From NCBI GenBank assembly GCA_009914755.4, contig CP068257.2:37856001-37920000 (forward strand): DNA of 64,000 nt, read 5' to 3'. Below, piece by piece: positions 43,283-54,985 of this stretch. Made by a program: the position numbers and the translations under genes. Positions within the stretch are counted from its first letter, which is position 1. Each line of letters opens with the position of its first letter. The DNA comes from the human T2T-CHM13v2.0 reference genome, Homo sapiens. A model generated the notes under the pieces. That model saw only the letters and a list, made by a program, of their open reading frames with translations, was not told the origin of the DNA and made no database searches.

Positions 43283-45266
43283 AGAATCTAAATTGATGTT
43301 TGAGTCCCAGGGCAAATAATGTCCAATATGAGACTGGATTCTACCTCCCCAAAGCTTGCCACTTAATACCTTCTTCTGGTGTAGCCATGAACCATTTAGA
43401 GCTCCGCCTCTGGGACCAAGCTGTCAATTCAGCCTATTTTCCATGAAAACACAGTGGGAAATTATAATTGGAGATGTTGTCTTCCTTATGGTGTTTGATA
43501 TGTGTTTATGCAGAGAAAGGATATAAATCTAGCTTAGTTTTCCATGAGACAAATTCCCTTTCCTTTCAGTGGGGAGCAAATGATGACTAGTGGTTTATAG
43601 AATAAAAGGCAACACTTTCCTTTATTGTATGTTAAGTGATGAAGATTGTGGTAAACATTCTGTGTCTTTCTCTACAGTCTTTCCCTAATATTTGCCTTTT
43701 CTTTTAGAAAATGGAAGCTATGAAGCAACATTTCAAATGTCTCTCCACAAACCAAACTCAACAGAATACTTTGGCTTGAAGCCGGCACACCCAGGGTTAC
43801 TGAGGACTTATGCTGCCTGACCTGGTTAGATGTACATGGAGGTATCTCCCGAATCATACAAAATTAAATGTGAAGACCGTTTATGCATACCTTCATGTGC
43901 CTGACAGTCTTGGCTTTTGAAGATTTTTTTTTCTTTTTTGCTCTGCATAGCTAGACCATCTTATTAATAATACTCTGAAAAAAATGATTTCAAGGCATGG
44001 AAGTTCTCTGTGATACAACAATAGTATTTCTTCAAATGCGCCTTATGCTACTTATCTCAGAAACAGGTTTTAAAATGAAGTGCTTTCCAGAGAACCATCA
44101 TATAAATAAAGATTAATAGAAAAATATCTTGTCCCAAGGAGCATCATTTCATTATTTATAGTCTCTGCTTGCATATGCCTGAACTCCGTCTGTCTGTTGC
44201 CAAGTCTAAATCTTCAGCAGCACTTTTCTGTCTGCGTTGGGATCGATGTCTTTTATTGCACTGATTATTTGGTCCATGTTTTCAATTGCATTGATTGTCT
44301 CATTACGTCGTATTTTTTTTTTTATTACACACACGTTGTGCGTATCATCTTTGAAGCCTTATCTAACTGTAACTTTATCATCCACTTGTGTGGGGATGAT
44401 GGTAAGGAGGGATGATGGTAAGGACAGAAATCTGCAACCCAGTGCCCTTCACACGTTTCTGAGCTGAAGGGAGTGGCTGCTTCTGTTTCTCCTGCTGTTG
44501 ATTGATTTGTAGCCATGGCTGTGGAGACGGGTCCTGTAATTTTTCTTCCTGATGGCCAGGAGTGTGTGTTCACCTACAGCTGATCCAGCTCCAATGACTT
44601 GTACACCAGGTAAGTTTGATAGCATTTCTCTGCTCACCTGCCTGCCTCAGTTTACTGTAGATATTTTTTCTTCCTTGTAAGATTTTGATATTCCCCCTGC
44701 TACCTCCCTGCCTATGTGTGATTCCTTGTGTTTTTGCAGCAAATGTTGCTCCTGTATTGTCAGAGGGGCTCATCTCCTTGCTGTGCTCTTTTCCTATTTC
44801 ATGTTAATTATGGCAATTCAACTTGGAGTGGCATAAACTTTCCCCTCTGGAGTCTGCCTCCTAATTTTGCAGCAGAGTCTGTTGGTGTTATTTCAGAGTG
44901 TATTCTGCAGTTGCAGAAGTCTCGTGGCTGTCATGAACTCTGGGAAACGGCTCTTTTCTTGTTACCCTAGTAACAAAAAAAGGCATTTTGAATAGAATTA
45001 GGTTATTTTGTTTCCAATCATTGAAGTAGTCTGTGTTAAAAACATTTCTCCCTTTGCTTAAGGTAAAAGACCACAGTAAAATGGAAATTCATATAATTGA
45101 AAATTAATTTCTACTTTTAATTTCATTGCACTAAATTATGTCCTATCTAAAAAGCTTGCATAATTTTTACAACAACCCCCTACACAAATAGGCCTTAACT
45201 TTCTTCTTCTTGCTCAGGGCTGACTTTTCTCTCTTTCATGGCAGAGTAGGATGGAGATAGATTTAG

Positions 45267-45581
<315 letters not shown>

Positions 45582-46384
45582 TAAATATCTATGCTGACAA
45601 TAAGCAAAGATAAAAACCCAGACCACTTATTTAAATTGAATTAATTTTTTCTTATATTGTTTTCCTGTAGTCAGAAACATTAACATCTTAGAAGGGTATT
45701 TGTATTTGCTCCTGTTTCATTTTATTTAAAGTATCACTGAAATGCAAAAATCACTTAGATCAATAGTACCCTATGGATGGTATCAGTTCTCTTCTAGTTT
45801 TGGCTTCAGCTGTCCCTTCAGCCTTCCATGGTTAGCAATCCAGTGGCACAGTGAGGAGAATCCCAGATATGGACTGTATGGTATCAAAATACGATTAAAA
45901 AATCTGAATGCTTTTCAATATAGGAAGCTTCTAGAAACTAAGCAGCATTGTGAATCTGTAAAAAAGAATAACTCACAAGGAAACCCCAAGTGAATAAGGA
46001 AAATCATTTTGAAGAAAAACCAAAAGAGACCAGAGAAATGGAATAATTGCATGATGATCTGAAGTGAATCGAAGTTCAAAGAGCTTGGTTTAATAGTATA
46101 AAGGAGGCCTGAACACGCAAAGGAACTGTTTCTTTTCTTTCCTTTTTTTTTTTTTTAATTAGAAAAGCAACTACACAAAAATTTGAGTGTATTTTTTTTC
46201 CAGCCACTGAACAATACACTCTCCTTTCCCCACTCTCCTCTCCTGGGCTCCCTCTCGTTTCTTTGGACTGAAATCTTCCTTTGTGGTTGTCTTTGAGTTC
46301 TTAGTTTTCTCAATGAAATGTGAAAGGTATAGGAAGAGAATGAACTGTATTGCCTGCAAAGATTCTTTGGAAATATTTACAGAT

Positions 46385-46691
46385 TTTTTTTCTTTTTTTT
46401 TTTTTGGAGACAGTGTCTCGCTCTGTCGCCAGGGTGGAGCGCAGTGGCACTCTCACTGCAAGCTCTGTCTCCCAGGTTCAAGTGATTCTCCTGCCTCAGC
46501 TGCCGGAGTATCTGGGACTATAGGCCTGCACTACCATGTTTGGCTAATTTTTGTATTTTTAATAGAGATGGGGTTTCACCGTGTTGGACAGGCTGGTCTC
46601 GAACTCTGACCTCAGGCAATCTGCCCACTGCAGCCTCCCAAAATACTGGGATTACAGGCGTGAGCCACCATGCCCAGCCTACAAATGTTTT
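46385..46691 (-). mobile_element. Alu, antisense. With the next Alu it forms a head-to-head inverted pair.
   Basis: A T-run is followed by 'ggagacagtgtctcgctctgtcgccagggtggagcgcagtggcactctcactgcaagc...gggattacaggcgtgagccaccatgcccagcc'. Confidence 0.95.
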
Positions 46692-46721
46692 CTTTCAAAA
46701 CTCATTTACCCGGGCCAGGTG

Positions 46722-47016
46722 TGGTGACTTATGCCTGTAATCCCAGCACTTTGGAAGGCCGAGGTGGGTGGATTGCCTGAGCCCAGGAGTTCAAGACCAA
46801 CCTGGGCAACATAGCAAGACCCCATCCCTACAAAAAATACAAAAATCAGCCAGGCATGGTTGCGTGTGCTTGTAGTTCCAGCTACTCGGGAGGCCAAAGT
46901 GGGAGGATTGCTTGAGCCAGCACTCTAGCCCAGCCCATTGATCACGCTACTGCTCTCCAGCCCGAGTGACAGAGCAAGACCCTTTCTCAAAAACAAAACA
47001 AAACAAAACAAAAAAA
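46722..47016 (+). mobile_element. Alu (AluJ-like), sense, with a (CAAAA)n tail, lying 30 bp from the previous Alu
   Basis: 'ccgggccaggtgtggtgacttatgcctgtaatcccagcactttggaaggccgaggtgggtggattgcctgagcccaggagttcaagaccaacctgggcaacatagcaagacccc...'. Confidence 0.95.
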
Positions 47017-48039
47017 CCGCACCTCATTTAACTGTTAACACCTGTGCAAGCACGGCAAGTAGGTGTGAAGGGCCTGGTACATTGTAATAACAGAGAATGG
47101 CCATTAGGTGGCGATAAAAGACAAGCTTCTTGCTATGGTGTCGCTGCCCCCGAGGTCCCCTGGCTGTGAACCCGAGTCAGGGTACTGCTAGTTGACATTA
47201 GAAGGTGGGAAGAGGTATTTGTCAACCAGATGGAGGAAAATAGACAAAAACTCTACTTATAATTAATTTGTGAATTAATTAGTGTATCATTTATAAAGCT
47301 TTTATCCAAGATAACTTTATTTTGGGCCAAATGTGCATTTATTGTTTGAATGCACATCCTTGCATTATACAAAAGGAGCCTAAATTCAGTCAACAACTGA
47401 TTGCATGTTGACAATTTTGATAAAGATACGGGGTCTTTTAGCCTCTAATGGGGTTCTATCTTATCAAATAAGTAAAAACAGAACTCTGATTATTGAAGGG
47501 GTTGATTATCCTTTTCTTTCGCAAGACTTTTAGTTCGAATAGAACATATGTCCAAATATTTGGAAATATATTCACGATCCTAACAAAGGCATTCCTTTCA
47601 CAGTTGTCTAGGTTACTTGGCTTTTTCACTACTTTGTTTTGGAAGGACTTTCTTGGAAGTAGTAAAACTGAGTTGGGAAATCTTTAAAATGTATCAGTGC
47701 ATCTGGCTGTTTTCCAAATCAGAAGTCAGGAGATTGTTCAATGATGCGGAAATGTACTCAGGTGTGGAAGATTCCAGTTGGGGAGGGGCTCAGGTGGACA
47801 GGTGTGAGTAGCATAGAGGGGGCGTGGAGTGGGGGCTTAACCTGGGGGGCTCCTGGTTCCAGTCCGGCATTCTGTAGATTTAGCACCCGGATCTTGTCAG
47901 GGGAGGTGAGAGAAACCTCCGAGGCAGACTCCCATGAATCAAGCTCACAGTCTAGGCTTACAATCAGGGTGTGGGCTTTCCTATTATTTTTATTCACTAA
48001 CACTAACGGAGTGCCTGCTATGAGCCGGGCTCTGTATTA

Positions 48040-48130
48040 AAGGCTTCGTGTGTTGCCACAGTAACCCGATGAGGTGGATACCATCTTTATCTGGCAAGGA
48101 GGAAACTGAGGCACCGGGTTTCAATTCAGT
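48040..48130 (-). mobile_element. MIR core fragment
   Basis: 'ccatctttatctggcaaggaggaaactgaggcaccgggtttcaattcagtac' compares with MIR '...ccccattttacagatgaggaaactgaggcacagagaggttaagt'. Confidence 0.5.
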
Positions 48131-49469
48131 ACTTCGGCAATGGCTGAACCGAAGCTGAGATATACCTGTGTCCCACTCCAAAGCCACGAACAGCCTTCCC
48201 AACAAGCCCTTTCCTCTCGGTCCTGGACCACAGTACGGTTCCTCTACGGTGCCTGGCTGGCCGTGGGCAGTGTGCGCCTTGGCCCCAGAGCGCCTCCTCC
48301 GCCTGGCTTTGGTCCTCGCATTCTGTCTTCAGACTCGATGCCGTTCGGGCCCTGGTGCAAGGTGCCTTGCCCTTCTCACTTACTATCCACCTATTTTGTT
48401 TTCTTAGTTGCACCATCAGAGGTCTATTCCATTACCTTCATCTTCCAGTTCTTTGGGCCGCTAGCTGTGGCCGCCACCACCAGCGCCAGTTACAGAGGGA
48501 ACTGGGTCACTGTCCACCCACAGGGTTCTAGAAATTGGTCAGTGGCCTCAGATCCGAAGTTTCAGGTTGCAGAGAGAAAATACTAAAACTGCCACCTGCC
48601 TTTTCCAGCCTGGTTGTCCTTGGATATATCTTGCCCACTGATGCGGAAGGACACACACACACCAATAACTCATTTGGTTCTGAGCTATCAACTGCCACGC
48701 AGTGATGTGCCAGAGTTGCAACCAGCCCCACATGGTATTTTTAGCTGAGAGAACAACTCCTTCTAGTTGAGGATGGTTTAATGAGTGCGTCTTAATCCCA
48801 TGACATGAATTTTAGTTCGTTTTGTAGCAGGTCAGGTTTCTCTGTAGTCCCTGCTTTTTAAAAAATTATTTTTAATTTTAAATTAAAAATTTTGTGGGTA
48901 CATAGGTGTATATATTTATGGGTTATATGAGATATTTTGGTACAAGCATGCATTTTGTTTTTTTGGGAAAGTTTTTATTTCTCCTTCATGTTTGAAGGAT
49001 ATTTCCACTGCATGTACTATTCTGGGGTAAGTATTTTCCCTTCAGCACTTCAAATATGCCATGTCACTTTCTCCTGGCTTGTAAGGTTTCTACTGAAAAG
49101 TCTGTTGGAGGTCCATTGTACGTTATTTGTTTCTTTTATCTTGCTGCTTTTAAGATCTTTTCTTTATCCTTGACCTTTGGGAATTTGACTATAAATGCCT
49201 CGAGGTAGTCTTCTTTGGGTTAAATCTGCTTAGTGTTCTATAACTGCCTTGTACTTGGATATTGATACCTTTCTCTAGGTATGGGAAACTCTGTTACCTT
49301 CCCTTTGAATAAACTTTCTGTCCCTACCTTTTTCTCTACCTCCTCTTTAAGGCTAATAACTATTAGGTTTACCCCTTTAGGCTACTTTCTAGATCCTGTA
49401 GGATTGCTTCATTGTTCTTTATTCTTTTTTCTTCTCTGTGTATTTTCTTATTTTTGATGCACTTTTTGT

Positions 49470-52400
49470 TTCAATAATTTTTGGGGTACAGGTAGTTTTT
49501 GTTTACATAGATACGTTCTTTAGTGGTGATTTGTGAGATTCTAGTGCACCTGTCACCCAAGCAGTGTACCTAATATGTAGGCTTTTATCCCTCAACCCCC
49601 TCCCAAACATCCCCTCAATCCCTTAAATTTCATTATATCATTGTTATGCCTTTGTGTCCTCACAGCTTAGTGCTCCCTTATAAGTGAGAACACATGATAT
49701 TTGGTTTTTGATTCCCGAGTTACTTCACTTAGAATAATGGCCTCCAGCTCCATCTAAGTTTGCTGCAAATGACATTATTTCATTCCTTTTTATGGATGAG
49801 TAGTGTTCCGTGGTTGTATATATACCACATTTTCTTTATCCACTTGTTGGTTGATGGGCACTTAGGTTAGTTCTATATCTTTGCAATTGTGAATTGTGCT
49901 GCTATAAACATGCATGCGCATGTGTCCATTTCATACAATAAGTTCTTTTCCTTTGGGTAGATACCCAGTAGTGGGATTGCTGGGTCAAATGGTAGTTCTA
50001 TGTATGTAGTCTGGAGATTCTTTTAAGAATCTCCATTCAGTTTTCCATAGTGATTGCACTATTTTACATTCCTACTGGTGGTGTAAAAGTGTTCACCATA
50101 TCTATACCAACATCTATTGTTTTTTGACTTTTTCATTATGGCCATTCTTGCAGCAGTAATGTAGCATCTCATTGTGGTTTTAACTTGCATTTCCCTGCAT
50201 TCGTGATGTTGAGCATTTTTTTTGTATGTTTGTTGGCTGTTTGTCTTCTTTTGAGAAATGTCTATTCATGTCCTTTCCCACTTTTTGATGGGTTATTTGT
50301 TCTTTTCTTGATGATTTGTTTGAGTTCCTTCACCAGTTATACTAGGTATGGCCATTTTACATAATCCCATATTTCTTGGAGATTTTGTTCATTTATTTTG
50401 ATTCTGATTGGGTTAATTCAAAAGCCTTGTCTTCAGGCTCTGAAATTCTTTCTTCTACTTGTTCTAGTCTATTCTTAAAACTTTTCACTGCATTTTGTAT
50501 TTCCCTAAGTGTGTCTTTAATTTCCAGGAGTTCTAATTGGTTTTTCTTTATGATACCCATCTTTCTGGAAAATTTTTCATTCATATCCTGAATTTTAAAA
50601 AATTCCTTTATTTTGTTTTTCACCTTTCTCTGGTATCTCCTTGAGTAGCTTAATAATCAATCTTCTGAATTCTGTGTCTGCTATTTCAAGGATTTTAGAT
50701 TGGTTTGAATTCATTGCTAGGGAGCTAGTGTGATCTTTTGGGGTGTTATTGAACCCTATTCTGTCATATTACCAGAATTAATTCTCTGGTTCTTTCTCAT
50801 TTGGGTAGACTATTTTTTCAAATTGTTCTTGAATGTATTTGACTGTATTTTTTTCTTTAATTTCTTTTTTTTTTTCTCTTAAGGGTCTGACTTCAATGTT
50901 TATAGTTTATTATAGCCTAATTTGATTCTTGGTGATTTTAGGGGGGAAGACTCCGTATGAGTTCCTTAGTTATAGAGAGTCTTTGTGTGCTGGCTTTCCC
51001 AGATGTTGGCTGTAGTATTTATGTACTTGGTGTATGGGCAAGTTCACTGTCTCCTACATGGTTGGAATAGCAAGGATCTCTTGAAGCTTATCTCATTCTC
51101 CCATTGTGAACAGTTTTTAAATGTATTTGATTTTTCCCCAGCATTTTATTTACTGAGTTGATGATTTAGGCTTCAGGCCAGTAGAGGAGGTAACCCTGGG
51201 TAGACACCAGTTGTAGCTAAAACAGGTAGGTAGCTGTAATACCCAGTGGTGGGCGCAGGTTCCAGCCTTGATGAAGGTGTCTGAGGGAGCTCTCAATTAG
51301 ATGTCTAAGGTTTTATCAGGGTAAAGGGTGGGAGCTACCTCAGCTCCCCTGCCAGGCCAGCAGGAAAACTACTTACCTCCCAGCTTCACTCCTGTCCCAG
51401 TGTTCTGGCTATTCAGATCAGACAAGCACTTCTTTTCATCTGTAGGAATGTTGATGTTCCAAGTAGAGAGGGGTTGTGACTCTGCCTCCCACGCAAGCCT
51501 AAATCTGAGGAGTGCTCCTCCTGTGGGGATGCTATCACCCTGAATTGTACCAGAAGGCTGACCATAGGTGCATCCATGCTGCATACCCATGAGAGAAGCA
51601 CCAGCTGTGTCTGCAATGGTGTACCAGAGAAGAACAAGAACCCCTTTTCCAAGACCCTTCATGTACAGACAGGCTGCCTGCCTACTGGGGCAGACTTTCC
51701 CTACTGTCCCTAGCAATGCAATTGTATCTCTGAAACTTCCCATTAGTGGATAGATCTGGGACTCAAGACCTGCTGTTTAGATTCTTTCATCTGGGTATTC
51801 TTCCCTTTGATGTTGTATTCCTCCTCTTCCCTAAAAATGGGAATTCCTGAGAACCATACTATAGGGATTGTTATTGCTCTCCTGGGTCTAGCCACCCAGT
51901 GGGGCTACCAGATTCCAGGCTGGTGTTAGGAAATGTCTACAAGGGATCCAGTAATGTGACCTGTCTTCAAGTCTCCCATCTGTAGATACCAGCACCAGCT
52001 CTGATGGAGGTGGCAGGGGAGCAATGTGGATTCTGTGAGATTCCTTGGTTGTAGATAGGCTTAGTGTGTTGGCTTTCTTGAATGCTGGTTATAATTGTAG
52101 TGAACTTGTCATGTGGATAGACTCAAGACCTCTGGTTAGCCAGGGTGCTGTATGCAGAGGTGATAGCTGAGGTCACATGACTGTTTTCTCCTTCCTGGGC
52201 ACAGTGTTATTCTACTCAGAAGTGCTACAATGGACTGTGTTGGTTGGCCTCCATCCAGGAGGTGGTGATTGCCAAAGAGCACTAGCTGTGGTAGTAACAG
52301 TGGGATTTGAGCTTGCCCTAAGTTGCCCTGGGAAAGTATTCTGGTTTCTCAGGCAATGGGTGAGGCTATAAAACTCCCCAAAATTTATGTCCTTTGTGTA

Positions 52401-53430
52401 AAGCTACTAGAGTGGGTGGAGGGGCACAACCAGGTTGGGGCAGGGTTAGGCAGGTCTGCACTCTGACTCTCCTTGAGCAGGGTTAGTGACAGCTCCCGCA
52501 AGGGTTGGGGAAATTTTTTTCATGCTGCTTGGGTAATGTTCTGGAGAGGAGCATAACTGCCTCTGCTGCACAGGACAGTTTGCAAAGGGAGTGGGGAAAA
52601 GTGGGTAGCAGTAAGTCTCATGCAGCTCCCATGCATTTGGCAAGGCTGATCTCACTCCTGCAGTACTCTGCTAACAGTGCTGGGTTAGATCCAGGCAGTC
52701 TGTGCACAGAGCTGCGCCAGGCCATCAGCTTCCCTGCACAGATAGCAATCTTGGCTTTCAGGTCACACTGTTCCCCATCTGCCCACAAGGCTGGGTACCC
52801 AGCTCCTGAGGGTAGTGTCTGTAGAGCACTTGCCATTCACCCCTCCCTAGATTCTGCTCAAGGGAATTTGTCCCCACCTGAGATTATATTATAAAATTCA
52901 GTTGAAAACTTCTTAATTCAGTTGAAAGCTTCTTTTAAGTTGTGACCCCTCCCTGAGTTCGTTGGCTGACTTCTCTGAGGACCCCTGTGGGATATAATCA
53001 GGAATGGCTTCCCCCAGTTCATGCTGGAGACTGGGAATGCCTGCAAGGCACTTCCTGCTGCTGCTTCCACTTTTATCTTTCATGTCACTCCCTGAGTCTG
53101 TTCCAGCTCTGGGTAGAGTTAAGACCTTCTCCCATGGCCTGGATTTTCAGATTCCATGGTGGGTGTGTGTGCTCTGGAGGCAGACTCTCCCCCTCTCACA
53201 CTCCGGGGACTTAAACAGTTTCTTACTTGTCTCATAGGGTAGGCTGCAGCCTGCCACTTCTTTCAAAGGTCTGTGGATTCTTTTGGTTTTCTTGTTAAGT
53301 TCCTGCTTTGATTCTTGGAAAAAAAAAATTCATTGTGAATCTCTACACAGTATTCTTTCCTTCCAAATATGAGAGACACACTAACACTGCCTCCGATCTG
53401 CCATCTTGGAAAAAAACCTGACTGTGTATT
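49470..53430 (-). mobile_element. LINE-1 (older primate L1P-type), antisense, with an internal deletion. It comprises the 3'UTR and ORF2 C-terminus (about 49470-50330), an ORF1 remnant (about 50330-50950) and a long 5'UTR that runs to the canonical L1 5' terminus (about 53400-53430).
   Basis: The 3' end reads 'ttttggggtacaggtagtttttgtttacatagatacgttctttagtggtgatttgtgagattctagtgcacctgtcacccaagcagtgtacc...gtgagaacacatgatatttggtttttgattcccgagttacttcacttagaataatggcc'. The minus ORF at 50393-50623 (…TLREIQNAVKSFKNRLEQVEERISEPEDKAFELTQSE) resembles the L1 ORF1 coiled-coil region. 'ctgcctccgatctgccatcttgg' corresponds to the L1 5' start in reverse complement. Confidence 0.75.
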
Positions 53431-53505
53431 TGCAAATAGCCTGTCTTCAAGCTCACTGATTCCTTATTCTGCTTGATCAATTCTGCTATTAAAAAACTCT
53501 GATGA

Positions 53506-53793
53506 GGCTGGGCATGGTGGCTCACGCCTGTAATCCCAGTACTCTGGGAGGCCGAGGTGGGCGGATCACGAGATCAGGAGATCGAGACCATCCTGGCTAA
53601 CACAGTGAAACCCCATCTCTACTAAAAATATAAAAAATTAGCTGGGCATGGTGGCAGGCACCTGTAGTCCCAGCTACTCAGGAGGCTGAGGCAGGAAAAT
53701 GGCATGAACCTGAGAGGTGGAGCTTGCAGTGAGCCAAGATCACTGCACTGCACTCTAGCCTGGGAGACAGAGCAACACTCTGTCTCAAAAAAA
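53506..53793 (+). mobile_element. Alu (AluS/Y-like), sense, with the TSD 'AAAACTCTGATGA' at 53493-53505 and 53800-53812. It inserted just beyond the L1 5' end.
   Basis: 'ggctgggcatggtggctcacgcctgtaatcccagtactctgggaggccgaggtgggcggatcacgagatcaggagatcgagaccatcctggctaacacagtgaaacc...'. The TSD was read directly. Confidence 0.95.
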
Positions 53794-54685
53794 TAGAACA
53801 AAACTCTGATGAATTCTTCAGTATGCCAATTGCATTAGAAGTCTACCTAGTATTCTATTGTACTGCAGCCAAGCTGGCACTCAAATCATTAGACACAGTC
53901 TCTCCCGTTTCAACAGGCAGAGGAGCCTCAGTCACATGGCCACTATTGCCACAGGCCCACGAGGAGTACTGCCAGGCTCCTGCCAACGTTCACTTAAGGC
54001 CCAAGGGCTCTTCAGTCAGTTTGTGGCTCTTCAGTCAGATTCTGGTTAGGCCCCAGGAACTAGAGTCTTTTTAAAAGCTCCCCCAGCCTGCTGCCTTGAA
54101 GGATGCTGAAGTCCCTGCACTTGCTAACACCAACAGCCCAGGGGAGCTGGGTCCTGCCTCCACCAGCATTCCAGTGGTGGAGCTTCAATGAGGCTGGGCA
54201 CCATGTACAGTGCCGAAGACCTCCTGATCACTCATGGGTACAAACTGTTGAGAGACCTCCCAGCACCACGCAGGGATAACCCTGAGGGATGCCAGCCAGC
54301 AAAGACAAGGATGCGAGTGGTCTGTGGCCTGCTGAATAGGCATGAGGATGGCCCTGCGGCCTTTGCACATCATAAGACACCTGCTGGGAAAGGGCGTGGG
54401 AGTGACTCTGAAAGCTGCCGCGCCACACTGAGAGGCCACGGGGATCCCCAGAGCACTTCTGCTTCTAGAACCTCTGAGGCAGGGCTTCATAATCAACCAA
54501 CCCCAGACTGTTAATGACCAAGCCAACTGGAGAAGAGGAGCGCGGGAAGTCAGCAGCCTGCTGGGTCCGAGGGACCCAGAAGACCTGCAGGAATGACCCA
54601 AGCCCACAGTCCGCCCGTCCACATGAGGCAGCGTCCATAGGAAGTCAGAGGAAGGGCAGAGGATGTGACGAATAAGACAACTTGG

Positions 54686-54985
54686 GGCCGGGTGCAGTGG
54701 CTCACTTCTGTAATCCCAGCACTTTGGGAGGCTGAGAGGGGTGGATCACTTGAGGTCAGGAGTTCGAGACCAGCCTGGCCAACATGATGAAACCCCGTCT
54801 CTACTAAAAGTACAAAAATTAGCCTGGTGTGGTGGTGGGAGCCTGTAATCCCAGCTACTTGGGAGACTGAGGCAGGAGGATCGCTTGAACTCAGAAGGCA
54901 GGGGTTTGAGCTGAGAACACACCACTGCACTCAGCCTGGGCAACAGAGAGAAACTCGGTCTCAAATAAATAGATAAATAAGAAGG
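54686..54985 (+). mobile_element. Alu, sense
   Basis: 'ggccgggtgcagtggctcacttctgtaatcccagcactttgggaggctgagaggggtggatcacttgaggtcaggagttcgagaccagcctggccaacatgatgaaacc...'. Confidence 0.95.

Noticed and set aside
44511-44609. A segment with an acceptor-like 'tgattgatttgtag|CC' and a strong donor 'CCAG|gtaagttt', containing an ATG in good Kozak context (agccATGGc)
   Set aside because: All three frames hit stop codons within the 99 bp. The ATG frame ends after 22 codons (MAVETGPVIFLPDGQECVFTYS*). It could at most be a noncoding or uORF-containing exon, so I did not list it as a feature.
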